Origin: Eledone cirrhosa
Taxonomy: Eukaryota
Length of the DNA stretch: 64,000 nucleotides
Direction of reading: 5' to 3'
Assembly (NCBI GenBank): GCA_964016885.1
Contig: OZ024740.1
Coordinates: forward strand, 351,230,001 to 351,294,000
In this document: positions 28,558-42,700 of the stretch, piece by piece
Layout: the number at the start of each line of letters is the position of its first letter
Numbering within the stretch: the first letter of the stretch is position 1
Translations under genes and position numbers: made by a program
Notes under the pieces: generated by a model
Databases searched by the model: none
What the model was told of the DNA's origin: nothing
What the model saw: the letters and a program-made list of their open reading frames with translations, nothing else

Positions 28558-29450
28558 TTACAGAGGGTTGTGAGCGCGTAACAAGGAGATGAGCTGTGGA
28601 AAGACGCGTCTGACAAACGAAGGCCACATCTGTTTACTGTTAAGGAAACGATGCACATCATCAACCACAACATACTTAGTCATCAACGCAGTGGCTGTTG
28701 ACAGAAAAGGGATCGCCTGACCAGGGGAAGGCATACCTTCCACAAAAAGCAAAAGAACAAGAACTCCAGTCCGGTCAGACGTGAATTGGGGTAAAGCATG
28801 ATGATCAGACGAAACTAGATGATGGAGGCCATATACGATGGAAATCTGAACTGAACATACCCTGAGCAATTTAACAGGTCCATCTCTTAAGCGCCCCATG
28901 ATGCTATTGGATAACATGGACCTAACTCTGCAGGTTGATTTTTGCTCCTGTCACCGCATTGTGCTAGGCGTTTGACGCTACTAAGGTGACGTCCCCATCT
29001 ACCGTCGCGGATCTTCTGCATCCTAGATTCTTCCCAGCTTTTTAACCTGGAATATCTGTGTATTTTGTTGTATCCTTGCCAAGAAAGCTGGCACCAGTCA
29101 CCAGGTCCGTTATTTTTATTTTTGAGCGCCATTTTCTGTAGTACATTGGAATGAGTGTGGGTTCCTCGCTTTTTAAAGTCGTATTAGAGTGTCTCATGGC
29201 CATTGCTTTATTTGGGAACGTCACATCCTCTGTACCAACACATTTCCTTCGTGTTATATAGGTTTTAATGCTCAAATTAGCTCGGGACTTCTTTTGATTT
29301 GGTCCCTTTCTGATCGCTTTAGTTTCTTGTATGTGGTGACTATGCACCTGCTTATAACAGCCCTTTTTTCTGTGTCCCAGAGAACTTTCACTGACACAGC
29401 CATTGGCAGGATTCGGCTGACTTTTTTAGGAGTTGAATATTTGTAAGACG
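28558..29450 (-). mobile_element. Decayed Tx1-like fragments (ORF2 C-terminal piece; ORF1-like piece 29040-29400)
   Basis: WPSFVRRVFPQLISL matches WAPFVRRAFPRLVSL; TLIPMYYRKWRSKIKI matches TFFPTYLGKRTQKIRI of ORF1 at 36529. Confidence 0.65.
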
Positions 29451-30061
29451 CTCTGCTCCTTTTAACTTCATTTTGTTTTAGCCTAAAATTAGATTAATGT
29501 TTGTAATTAAAATAAAATAAATGTTAGTCCTAAGGTCGAATGTTGAGGGCCACTTTGTAGAATAAAAAGAGAGCCCTTATTTAAGAGAAATAAAAAAATC
29601 AACAACTTTTGACAATATGTGTAATACAAAGAAGTATAAACAAGAAATTTACGACTGTATGAAGCAAACGATTCCTTGACAAAAGTGTATTTTACTTTTA
29701 TGGTAAATGTATTTATCCCACCATTTATTATTTTGCATTACAAATCAACTTTTTTCGTCCCTCCGTCTCTCAATCTGACTCCCTCTATCCTTCACCACCC
29801 CCTCACACTTCTCTCTCTTTATTTATTATGCGCGTACGCGATCGCATACACACTGACACGGTCTTCCGCACACGCACACTGACACAGCAATTCTTGAATT
29901 CACAATCGCCAAGTGCCACAATTTCTTCGGTTACATAAAAAGAACGAGACAGCTGAGCTTGAGAGCTTTCCATTCATCATTTTGAAACAATGTTCTTTTG
30001 TGTTTACCTTCGTATGTCAACGTTAAACTCCTAAATCTACTCTCTCTCTCTCTTTCTCTCT

Positions 30062-30137
<76 letters not shown>

Positions 30138-30310
30138 ATCAATTTATCTTCCCTCAACGCCTCTTTCCCCCATCGCTTCTCTGGACATTTACCACGCAAT
30201 GGATTGCTGTCAGTTCTACAATTCATAGATCTTTCTTCCTATCTAAGCGATCACCAGGAACATTTCATTCCCATTACTCCACTCACCCACTTCCATCAAC
30301 CATCTCACAA

Positions 30311-30391
30311 CTACTACTACTACTACTACTACTACTACTGCTACTACTACTACTACTACTGCTACTACTACTACTACTACTACTACTACTG

Positions 30392-30431
<40 letters not shown>
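30311..30431. repeat. (CTA)n microsatellite
   Basis: Direct inspection. Confidence 0.95.
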
Positions 30432-30434
<3 letters not shown>

Positions 30435-30650
30435 AGGAATAACAATAAATACAACAATAATAATCTAATTTAGGCACAAGGCCAGCCATTTAGAGAGAGG
30501 GGATGTTCAATTAAATTAATTAATACATTATTGTATCTACATAGGAGAGATTAGATTAAAGGCAACGTTGATCACGGTGAGCTGTAGTAAATACTGCAAA
30601 GCATGTGCTCTCATGGTGTTGCCAATCCAACACCCTTACATTCTATAATA

Positions 30651-31040
30651 ATTGTTTCTAATGTTGGCACAAGGCCAGCAATTATTCCAGTGCATTACTG
30701 GTACTTTATTTTATCGACCCCGTAAGGATGAAAGGCAAAGTTAACCTTGGCGGGATTAGAACTCAGATCATAAAGGGACGTAACTCTAAGCTGGAAAGGG
30801 ACGTAACTCTAAGCTGGCGTCCGGCCCTCTACCGATACTGCCATTCCCTAGTATAGGCACAAGGCCAGTAATCTTTTGGGGAGGAGAAAGTCGATTAAAT
30901 CGACCCCAGTACGTTACTGGCACTTTAATTTATCGACCCCATAAAGATGAAAGGCTAAGTTAACCTCGGCGGGATTTGAACTCGTACCGTAAATGGCCGT
31001 AACTCTATGCTGCAAAGCATGGTGTCTGACTCTCTCTGAT
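30651..31040 (-). mobile_element. Two tandem Meta-core SINE copies
   Basis: Two copies of tcgacccc.taa.gatgaaaggc.aagttaacct.ggcgggatt.gaactc. Confidence 0.75.
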
Positions 31041-31329
31041 AATAATAATAATAATGATTATTATGATGATTTTTATTTACCTCAATGACACCGAATGAAG
31101 AGACATTACAAAGAAAAATTACATAAAGTGTGAGGGTTTACATAGAAATTGGTTAAGAAAAAATTACACACACACACACGTATACACACATACATACACA
31201 CACACGCACGCACACATATACACAAATACATACACACACACGAACGCACACATATATATATACGATGATACAGTAGAACCTCCAAATATCAGTGCTCCCT
31301 CATATGTCCACGGCCATCCTGATTACCAC

Positions 31330-31990
31330 GAGTGAGTAATCTTCGACCTACTGGCTCATGCTGAATGTAGAACCATCCACTCTTGCTATGTTTGCCCCAA
31401 TCACTCATCTTTAATAAAATTCACTAGAGGAGAATAGCCCCCTCTACATTCTCACCTTTATTCTTTCAAGAGGAACTTTAAAAAATCGATGAGAGCTTGA
31501 CCGAAGAGGAAAGTAAAACTTCCCGCCCTTCCCAGTTGAAGGAATGTGGTGGAGTGATCTTCATAATGGACTCGGTCGATAACTGCATCTGCCTTACATG
31601 CGACAGCAGTCGTTCGACATAATTAGACGGATCATTTATGCTCGGACACTGAACGAATGCGTGTAGCATGGTTTCGTTGCCCTGCGCGTATCTCGGATAA
31701 ACCCGTCCGACGAAACCACCATACCTGTAGAGTTTATCCCGACCTGGTAGCTCCTCCTCTGTAACACTGCAAGGTCAGAGACTTCTGGACATTGTCCATA
31801 AAAGTCCTCGGCCGAAACGTCCTCCGAAACAGACTGCTTTGTTCACTTCTGTCAAGGCCCAGAACTTCCCGGAGAATATCATCGTTCTTCTCTGCTACTA
31901 GTCCTCTATAAACTGCCTCCGAACGCATTGTCCTACTGGTAAAGGGCAGTGAGTGCATGCCGATATTTCAAGAATTTCTTTAATTGGCCA
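31330..31990 (-). mobile_element. Tx1-like LINE ORF2 C-terminal fragment
   Basis: YRGLV..K.DD.L.E.LG, MDNVQKSL..QCYRG, HAFVQCP, YVERLLS. Confidence 0.85.
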
Positions 31991-32328
31991 CAAAGGTCCA
32001 AAACACGTTAATGACTGAACGAAAGTGAAAAGCATATGCGAACGTAACTAACAAAAACAAATCCACGTAGTTGAAGCCCATATCCTTCTCAATTTCTTCT
32101 TTTTCTTTTTCGTTTGTAAGAGTTTCAGACAATGCTTTGTAGCAATTGTTCCGACGTTTTGTACTTAAAGTTCAAATTTTGCTGTGACATACTAGTCACC
32201 ATGGAATGGTTTAGAGCCCCACCATCTACACATTCGTAGCTAACTATAGCTAGCACTAAAGTGATCCATGATGAAAATGACGATGAAAATGGCGAATGAC
32301 TGATAACACTGCCCAAATATACACATAC

Positions 32329-32395
<67 letters not shown>

Positions 32396-33524
32396 ACAAA
32401 ACATTCTCATTCAATAATAAATGATCGTTCGGAAGTATACACACGCAGACACACACACACATAATACAGATATTACATAAGCCAACCACATTTCAATGCA
32501 TTTAGTCTTATTGGTGCGCCTATAAGATACAGGATCAAGGGAGGTAATGAAAAATAATTATTAAGTAATTCGTTAATTTCCCAATTGACTATGTTGCCAA
32601 CGAAGACATTATTATGCAAATCGGACTAACCTATTTAGCGATGTTATAAATAGCAAACTCTGATTAAAATATCAATTAGAGTCGAAGCCGCTGAAGCTAT
32701 TCCTTCTTTTTCTGTCTTCATAGAGATAAAGTGATGATTGTTTATATTTATCCATACTATACATTTCAAAATACTATACATTTCAAAATATTTTATGAAC
32801 AACAAATAGCGAGGTTTTAAAAACAACTGAAGAGAGATATGAAATGTTATTTGTTGTTGTTATCATTCTTGTTGCTGTTATTGTTGTTGTTAAACAAGAT
32901 TTATTCTAACCGATCAGATCTATAATCGAAGGCATTCTAGCCGGGGACATTGTTTTTATTTTAGGAGTAGAACTACATTTTTCAATGTGTCCTATGTTAA
33001 ATCGTTATAATGCGAGTATGGATTTTAGGCTGCTATATCTAGCAGATCGAGATACAGTAAAGGTTTTTTTCTTAGCTTGCAAATGTCTATTTTTTTAACG
33101 TTTATGTGGAAGACATACGGTACCCAATCACAGCTGCTTCAAAATGTCAGAGAAGTGTGACATTCCGAAGAAGCGTGATGTGGTAAAACAATATACAATG
33201 CTATCATTAAAAAAAGATTGTTCTGTTATAAGTTTCAACGATATCAGTTATATTATAGAATACATCTTCTGTAAGAAATATTGATGTAGGTATTATTCCA
33301 ATTAAGATATCCATGGAAACAAACGCAACAGAATTTCTAGAGGAGTAAAAAAAGAACGAAAAGCATAACATAAACAAAGTGAAAAGAAAATCAGACATAG
33401 TTGTTATTTGCCCGGTGGTTGTGAACATGAATGGAAAGTCAATGAAAACATATATTTATTCACTGGAATACCAATACTGAGTGGTTCATGTATGTATGTA
33501 TGTATGTATGTATGTATGTATGTA

Positions 33525-33809
33525 TTGGTTAAGCGAGTGGGACTGGCTTTGTGCAGTGCCTTTGCTCACTATAAAAGCTTCACGGCACAGGCATTGCTTT
33601 ATATCTGGAGATCTCTCTGCACTTGTCGTCACATGGTACCATGGGCCCAGCACTATGTGTCAATAATTGTCACAAGTGTAGTGTTTGTACCAGAGTTTTC
33701 AAGTCGCTGGCTGGACTAAAAAGTCACACTCGTTCAGCGCATCGGTAGGGGTTCTCCTACATGGATATAAAGTAGTGGCCGTACTCGAAAACGAGTTGGC
33801 AGCCACCAT
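33525..33809 (+). mobile_element. 5'-truncated RTE-derived repeat in (TATG)n
   Basis: Near-identical to about 7105-7390. Confidence 0.8.
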
Positions 33810-33849
33810 GTATGTATGTATGTATGTATGTATGTATGTATGCATGTGT

Positions 33850-33960
<111 letters not shown>

Positions 33961-34785
33961 AAGTCTTCTTACTCTAAAGTTTCGGCTGTATACTCACAGG
34001 ATCATCAGACAAGACTGTACGTTCAGTGACAGAAAGACTGTATAAATAGGGGTGGGGGAGTGAGGTGGATAAGTGTTTTTGAATGAGATTGGTATGTGAG
34101 GAGGATGCCTTTTAAGATAAATGTGGACAGTAATAGAGAGGATGTGAGGAAGGAGAGAAAGAGAAAGATTAAGAGAAAGTCAATACGGTGCGGAGAACAA
34201 AAGAAAGGAGAGAATACAGAAAAAGTCAAGGGGAGAAGGAGGAAAAGAAAAGGAAAAAAGGGGGAAAGGAGGGTGAAGGAGAGGAAAATTCTGCAGATAT
34301 TTATTGTGAAGCTGCATAACTCATGCAACGAAAGTAAACAAAAGCACTCAAAGCCAGACATCTTCAAATTAACACTGAAAACAAGGCAATAATGCGGAAT
34401 TTGATATTGAATTCTTTCATAAGAATTCAATGTTGAATTGTTATCGTGCAAATTTTGATACCCAAATTTTGTATATTAGTCAAAAGTTCTTTTTTCACTG
34501 TTCATAAATATACAGATAGCTACTAATCCATTTAGGTTGCTACAGAAGGCTTAGCATTTTAGCAGGATAAATGCTATCTTCTATTATTTTGCTATGCCAT
34601 CATTCTGAGATCTTTCAGGTTGTATTTACCTGTATTCCTTTACATTTCTGAGCTCATTTCTTGCCTAAGAAATTTGAGCTAGAATATTTGACTTAAATCC
34701 TCCTTGTGTCGTACCCCCAGCTCTTCTGGATTCGATAAAATTAATAGTAGCTGTACGACTTGCACTATATATTTTGGTGTATATA

Positions 34786-35007
34786 CAGGATGGGCCAGAA
34801 TTCATGACTCGCTTGTTAGTTATATTTCTTAACATGCTCATTGTTATTGTTATTGCTATTGTATTGTTTTAATTTATTATTTTAAATTAAGAAACCTGTT
34901 AAGCATATTAAGAAATAAAATAATAAATTAAAACAATACAATAACAATAAAATAAGCATGTTAAGGAATATAACTAACAAGCGAGTCATGAATTCTGGTC
35001 CAGCCTG
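34786..35007. mobile_element. Tc1/mariner-type MITE
   Basis: TA|CAGGATGGGCCAGAATTCATGACTCG...CGAGTCATGAATTCTGGTCCAGCCTG|TA; about 95 bp TIRs, TA TSD. Confidence 0.85.
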
Positions 35008-35686
35008 TACATTCTCAGTTTAAATCATGTCGGGGTTGACTTCACATTTCTTCCATTCACGGCATAGAAAATACATGTTAGACATAACTCTGGGGAGTCG
35101 AATTAATCGACTGTAATCTTTCGTTGCAAATAAAAATTAATTCAATATGAGAAACCAGCATTTAGACATAGCAATCAAAAGATTTCTCAAATACATTACT
35201 ATCTTAAATGAGGAAAAGCATATTAGACAATGTAGTGTTACATACCTCTAGAAGAAAAAAAACGGTTTAATACAGCTGGAAAGCATTTGATTATAGGTTT
35301 GCTAGATCAAAGCTCACCTGGGGCTAAATAATAATAACAATAACAAAAGAACACCTCAACAATATTATGCACAAGTATGTTTATACGAGGAGTGACAGTG
35401 CTATTTCTTGCTGTAACCAAAATTAGAATTAGTTTTTATGAACTTGCGATGACCTATGCCAGTCCTATATCGAAAAAGCTACGGAAGAACTGGAATGTAT
35501 ACATATATGTATGGAATTTTTAACAGAACTATATTTAGATACAGCCACTTACGGTTATAAGTTGTAAAGGTGTTGGTGGTGATGGTAGAAGTTAAAGTGG
35601 CAAATATGTCATTGAAGTCTTTCTCAAAGATATTATAGTGTACTGAAGCCATTCCAAATTTAGCAAGGAGCCATTTTAAACCACAA

Positions 35687-35765
<79 letters not shown>

Positions 35766-35841
35766 ATATATATTATATTATTTACGAAATCTCACTACCA
35801 CACCTATGGCTTTGTAACACCGTGCTATATATATATAATAT

Positions 35842-35923
<82 letters not shown>

Positions 35924-36033
35924 CGCGCGCGTGTGTATTCGATACAAATTCTTCATACCCCAGTACACCCTTGGTGACATGAGACTACAAACACCATGGG
36001 TTTCTATATAGAATATCCTTACTCATGTAAATC

Positions 36034-36072
<39 letters not shown>

Positions 36073-36099
36073 GCATATATACAACAACCATATACACAT

Positions 36100-36262
36100 T
36101 ATTGGATGGTTATTGACTCTCTTGAATTCAGCAAGCCTTTGCTAGATGTAGTTTTTCATCCAACACGGTGTCCAAAATTCCTCCTTCTCACCAAGCAGGT
36201 TTGGTAGGACTGTCGGTTTTGTCGTCGACCACCCTACTATACAACAGGTTGTACTGGGATAT
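36100..36262 (-). mobile_element. Diverged RTE-head-like fragment
   Basis: Minus strand atcccagtacaac...cttggtga...tttggaca...agagtcaat..ccatcca similar to 6818-6975. Confidence 0.55.
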
Positions 36263-36528
36263 ATGAATATATGTTATAGTGGCGCCTCTGAGCTACATGA
36301 CGTATCTATCTATCTATCTCTCTATCTATCTCGAAGAAGATAGATGTGTTTTTGTTTCGCTCCTGCATTTTGTCGGAATTTATTACGAGAAGCGGTAGGT
36401 TTGTTTAAGCTACTTGTTATTTGTTGTGTTTAACCCTCGCCTGGGCCTGCAGACGTTGGGTAAAATAAATTTCGCCCCTTTTTGGGGCGAAATTTGATAG
36501 TTATAAGTTATCGATAAAAAGTCGTTTA

Positions 36529-38319
36529 GTGACAATGGACGCCATTAACACGACGCATGCCACGCCCCCCAAAGAAAGTGATAGAGAGAAGGTAGCAGCA
36601 CAACGCTGTAAACCTTCCCTCCTCACTCCCGCAAAAGACACCACGGAATCAAAAGAAAAAATTGTGGAAATGGGTGAAAACCCCAAAAATAACAATTACA
36701 CAAACAAGAACAACAATGACAATAACAACACAACCAACAACAGCAACAATGACAATAACAACACAACCAACAACAGCAATAATGACAACACCAACAAAGG
36801 AAAAAAGCAAGCCAACACGAATAACAACAACAACAATGATAACAAAACGAAAGAAAACGGACCCACAGCTGCAGTCTCCTTCGCACAGGCGGTTCGAGAA
36901 ACGCAGACATACAAGGCACTGGACATCTCGAATGCCAAGAAATTGCTGAAAGAAGCAAGAAATTGTGTAAGTTCCGGGGAAGGTGGGGAATTCACAATTA
37001 CCTCCCCCGAAGAAATTAGAAGGGACACAGTCCTCAGAACTGTAATTTTTAGGACAGTTTCGAACGCGACTAGGAAACCGGCTCAATTGTCCCAAAGCAA
37101 AATTGAGCTGGTTCTAAGTAGTGCCTGGAAGGCTATCGCTTTCATACAGAAAGGGAAACTGTATGGAAGCATATCTATTTTAATGCAAGATGAATTGGCG
37201 GCACGGAAATATTCTGTGTCGCCAATTGTATCCAAAGCATACACCTTTTTCCCCACATATTTGGGGAAAAGAACTCAAAAGATAAGAATCTCAGGCATCA
37301 GGCCAAATGTGAGCATTTGGTGGGTGCTAACGGGATTCTTAGAAGATGGGGACACAATCCTTTCGATAGGCGAATCCACCGGGGGCGTATTCAGCGGCAA
37401 TAGCCTTGAAGTGTTGGTCCAAATGAGACCAGAACGGATAGCAAGAATACCGCAGTGTGTGTCCCTGGATGGAGTAGCCTTCATAAATATTTCTGTTGAG
37501 GGCAGGCGGTCTTCATGCTACCACTGTTCAAGAAGTGGTCACCTGCGGGCTTCCTGTCTCCTTTTAAATGCCCCCCCGAAAAGACGCTTCTGCCCACTCC
37601 ACACACAACAACACAACCACCACCACCACCACAACAACAACCACAAAAACACGAAATAATAACAACACAAGACACTGTCCCACCCAACCCCTCCCCACCT
37701 AAAACAAATACAAAAGCAACCACAACAAAACCCAAAAATATACCCCTCCCCAACAACACGGACGAGAACCCCTTATCAACGTCACCCAGTGACGACGAGG
37801 GAGAACCCTTTCAACCGGTAAAAAGAAAGAAAAGAAGGCACCACATCAACAAAAATACAACAAACACACAACCACCACCCACCACAAACAGAACAAATAT
37901 CACAAACAAAAAAACCCACCCCTCCCGAAAACATAACACATACTACAAAACGCAAACACACACAAGAACAACAAACAAAAACAAACACAACACAACAAAA
38001 ACAGTATACATACATCAACACAAGCAACAAAACACTTGTGCAAACAATAGACAAAGACCCTTCGGTGGAAACCGAAGGGAAAATGTTCACCAACGCGGCG
38101 AGTAAACCGCATTTAAAAATGATTAGGGTCCCAAGGGACACCTACGCAATGTTTCCCCACCACCACCACCCCAGACACCACCACCCCCACCAAACACCCC
38201 CACTCCACCACACAGTGATGTCCCCACCACATCCCAAACCACCACCCCACCAAACAACCCCGCCGACCCCCCCCCCCATGGAAATTGTGCAGCCTGGTCC
38301 CCAGGAGAAGGACAGGTAG
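36529..38319 (+). pseudogene. LINE ORF1 (CCHC zinc knuckle), frameshifted near 37570
   Basis: CYHCSRSGHLRASC; low-complexity N/T/P-rich regions. Confidence 0.8.
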
Positions 38320-38363
38320 GTGTCTTTTCCTTTTTCTCCACTCTAAAATCTTCACCATCAACA

Positions 38364-41300
38364 TGGCTGTTATAATAGTTGGATGTTTAAATGTGCGCGG
38401 CCTGGAGATGTCCTGGAAGCAGGGCAAACTCTTAAATGACCTCAGGTCGCACAGAATGGATGTGATAGCTATTTGCAAGTCCAGGATCAGCAGCGAGCAC
38501 CAACTGGCCCCCATCTTTGACGACTTTGAGATCTATGCATTTCTCTGTCAGCCAGGGTGGTGGGGGAGGGGTGGTCGTTCTGCTGCTAAAATACCTGGGC
38601 CTCGCAACACGGAAGGTACACCTGGACCCGGCCGGCCAACTGGTGGTTCTAGACGTCGGCAGTAGTGAAGGTGGTGCCTTCAGGCTGGTGGCAGCGTATG
38701 CCCCATCTGGGACACCGCGACCGGACTTCTTCCAACGCCTAGAGACTTTTCTGGGAATGTCTCGCTCCTTGCTTTTAGTGGGGGACTCGAATGGTATCCT
38801 GGATGCACGTTGGGACTATGTAGGGGCATGTCCCGATAGAGGGGGGTGTAACATCCTCAAACGGTTAATCGGCCGATTTGATCTGGCCGATAGATATCGA
38901 CTAGATTTCCCGACTGTGCCACTGTCGACGTGGTCTAATCGCAGCGGAACACCTAGGTCATACCTAGATAGGTTCCTAGTTAACAATTAGGATAGGGACA
39001 TATTAAGCTGTCCACGAATGTTCATGGTTGACTATTCGGATCACAAGTTGGTGACCGGAATGGTCAACCTTGATAGAACCCATAGACAAGGACCCGGTTA
39101 CTGGAAGCTAAACTTGTCCTTACCGACAAACAAAGCTTACAGTAAGCGGATTAGCACTCTAGTTAAGCAGCGGTTAACGGGGGCAATTGTCCACAGCAGG
39201 TGGTGGGGCTCTCTCAAGAGAGAAATTAGAATAGAATCGATAGGTTTTAGTCAGGAATTAGCATCAGATAGGAATAGAACTGAAAGGGAATTGATAGATA
39301 GAGTAGAAGATGCGAATAGGAGTGGCAACGTGGCCGGCGTGCTGGCGTTGTCAGGAGTAAAATACGTGCTCTGGGTAACGAGGGAGCCAAAGCTGTTAGC
39401 TGGGCCCGAGTGACAGAGGCAAAAAGTCGAAACAAGTCCACGATTCGGTCTTTGAAGGACCAGGATGGACGCGTGATCCTTGAACCTGAGCGGATGTGCA
39501 CAGCCTTTCAACGGCGCTTTGCACGACTGTTCGGGAGGGGCGGCGGGCCGGATGAAGCCATGGATTTCGGTCCATACCTCGACGGTCTGCCGCGGCTCTC
39601 GGACGGGGAGGCAAAGTCCTGTGAAAGGCCGATTTCAGCCGCTGAGATAGGGGAAGCGCTGAGCCTATGCGGCAAACGCAAATCTCCCGGTCTCGATGGT
39701 CTTCCATACGAACTTTATGTAGCGATGTCGGACTTGTTCTCCGATCTCCTCGAGGCGGTCTACTGCAACTGGCAACAGAACGGGAGAATTCCCAGTTCTG
39801 TGACCAAGGGCGTAGTCACGCTGGTGAGGAATGACGAGAACAAGGGGGAGGACATAGATAACTTCAGGCCCATAACTCTGCTAAACACAGAGTTAAAGAT
39901 TTTGGCCAAGGTGTTAGCGAAGAGGTTGGCGCTTGTCGTCGGGAACCTGGTGGGAGAAGCACAGACATGCGCAATCCCGTCCAGGTCCATACACGACAAC
40001 CTCCACCTCATGCGATACATCGTAGAGAGGGTAGGGAACGAACCGGCTTTGGTGGGGCCCTGATCAACTTCGATCAATCTAAGGCGTTCGATAGGATCGA
40101 CCATCGGTACCTGGATGCGGTGCTCGCGGCGGAAAGCTTCGGACCCGTTTTCAGGGGCTGGATTACTGCAATGCACAGCCGCAACACCTGCACGAGGGTC
40201 AAGGTGAACGGCTACCTCTCGGAGCCGTTCCAAATCACGCGATCCATCCGACAGGGATGCCCTCTCTCCTCCCTCCTGTATGTGCTGGCTCTCGAGCCAC
40301 TACTGCGGAAGTTGGAGCTGTTGCAGGGAATCCCCTTGGAACTGGGCTTGCGGAAAGCGGTGTCGGTAATGGTGGCGTGACAGTAATGGTGGCGTGCGCC
40401 TCGGAAATCGGGGAGATCGGCACCTTACTGGAGGAATACGAAAGGTTTACAGGAGCCAAGCTGAACCGGGACAACTCCGACGGCGTCGTCGGACGCTGGA
40501 CGGAGGGATCGCTAAAGATGTTGGGGGTCTAGTTCGGACCGGACCTCCAGGTGGAGAAAAACTGGGACGAGGTAACGGGCAGGGTGTTTGCACTCGCCCA
40601 GAAGTGGGCCGAGTGCAAACTATCCCTGAAAGGTCGAGCGGAGGTGGCGAGCACTTATATAGCGTCCGTCATCTACTACCGCTTGACCGTCATGCCTTGC
40701 CCAGCGAAAACGCTCGCCAAAATGGAGCGCGCGCTCTTCCGATTCCTTGAAAAAAGGAAGAAGCGGGCCCCTTTGGTGAGAAGATCCATCTGCTGACAAC
40801 ACCCTTCGAACGGAGGGTTGGGGATGCCCTGGCTGACAATGCGTAGACACGCATTAAGGCTACGGCACTTCCAGGTATTCCTCATCGGTCAGCCGGTGTG
40901 GGCCCCTTTTGTGAGACGAGCCTTTCCGAGACTCGTCTCACTCACCGAGCTGCAATCCTGGGTCAAGCAAAGACCGAGAAAAGTGGGCGCCTGGCACATT
41001 GAATGTGCCCAGGCGCTCACGGCCTTCTGGCAAGCGGATCCGGCAATCAGTGGCGACTCAACCTCAACATTCTATAGAGGGTTGGTGCGCTGCAAGTGCG
41101 ACGACGCTCTCGGAGAGGCTCTGGGCATGGAGGAAGACGAGCTAGCCAGTCTGTTCGGTAGGACGTTTGGCCCGGGACCGATGGACAACTTCCAAAAGTC
41201 CCTGGCTTGGCAGTGCTACCGAGGAGCTCTACCCGTTCGGGACAAGCTCTACAGACACGGGCGCCCGGGTAGGGACCCCTCGAAGAAGATCTGTCCGAGA

Positions 41301-41708
41301 TGCGTGTGTGACGAGGAAACCGTCGCGCACGCATTCGTACACTTCCCGGGCGTTGCTGACGTGTGGGGCTATGTGGAACGACTACTGTCTCGGGTGGGAC
41401 CAATCCGGTTGACCACCGAGTACATTGTCACGATCAAACCGCCTCCCCCCTTCAAAAACGAAGGAGAGACGGTTTTCCTCTGTGTGATAGCTATGGCGAA
41501 AGAGGTTGTATGGTGGAGTAGGTTGAAAGGGCTGAGGTCAGACACCTTTCTCTCCGGCCAACAACTGGTCCTTTTTTTCAAGTACCATTTTAGAAGAAGG
41601 ATCAGAATGGAGAGAGAGGTGCTCTACCGCAGCAAGTTTTATGAAAGGTGGGTGAAAGTGGCGAGAATGGCCCGAGTGAATAGGCCTTCTCTCTATATCA
41701 GCTTGTAG
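38364..41708 (+). pseudogene. LINE ORF2 (APE endonuclease, RT, C-terminal Zn finger), multiple frameshifts
   Basis: LNVRGL, YAP, VGD.N, YLDRFLV, SDH, GYWKLN, KSPGLDGLP, FRPITLLN, DQSKAFD, RQGCPLS, CPRC..ET..H. Confidence 0.93.
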
Positions 41709-42533
41709 GTGAGAGAGGAGAAGGAGGAGAGTAAGGGAGCACCCGCTCTTTGTGCTCCTAAGGAGGAGGGTTGCACATTTTTTTTCGGGGGTGTGTGCGA
41801 CCCACGTCAACGCCCCCTCCCTATTGAGGACTTCGATTGTTGAATTTTATTTGTTATATGTTGTTACACGTCCTTAGAAATGTATGTAAACTCCCCTCCC
41901 CCTTGTATTTGTCTCAATCTTTGATGCCCTGGTGGCAAATAAATAGAAAGTTATCTATCTATCTACCTACCAATCTATCTATCTATTTATCTATTAGTCT
42001 GTCTATTCACGGGGTGTAAAACAACCCCGCTGTAGCGTTACCCCCCCCCCCCACACACACACACACACCTAATGGGGATTTCAATTGTTTTATTTTTATA
42101 TAGTTTATTGTTATTTATCATTGTTAAAGATTTTATGTAAAACCTCCGCCGTCACGTCTTATAATGTCCCATTTTTGTACGCCCCTGTGGCAAATAAAGA
42201 AAGATATCTATTTGTCTGTCTGAAAACAAAGCAGTTTTTCTACGAAGCAATTGGAAAATTTTGAAATATTATTTATAATGATTGAAATATTATTATAGTT
42301 ATTTTCGTTGGGACGCACACATTTCATATATATATATATATTGATTAGTTTTTTCGTTGTTTTGGTATTGTATGGCTGGGTTTTGCATGCCGCAATTTTC
42401 AATTTGTCAAGCTATCTAAACGTAATGTTATTACTCGGAGGACCTACCCTTATTGAGTGCTTTGCTACTCATTCCTAATTGTAGGTCGACTTTGCTTGGC
42501 CACAGCCAAAGCTTCGATTTTACTAAGCTTCCA

Positions 42534-42700
<167 letters not shown>

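Larger units (their letters stand above)
36332..41952 (+). mobile_element. Near full-length Tx1/L1-clade LINE inserted in (TATC)n
   Basis: ORF1 + ORF2 (APE-RT-Zn), 3' aaataaa, (TATC)n on both flanks. Confidence 0.92.

Noticed and set aside
33125-33185. Minus-strand hammerhead-like relic with AGCU loop
   Set aside because: Multiple core mismatches and no valid NUH site.
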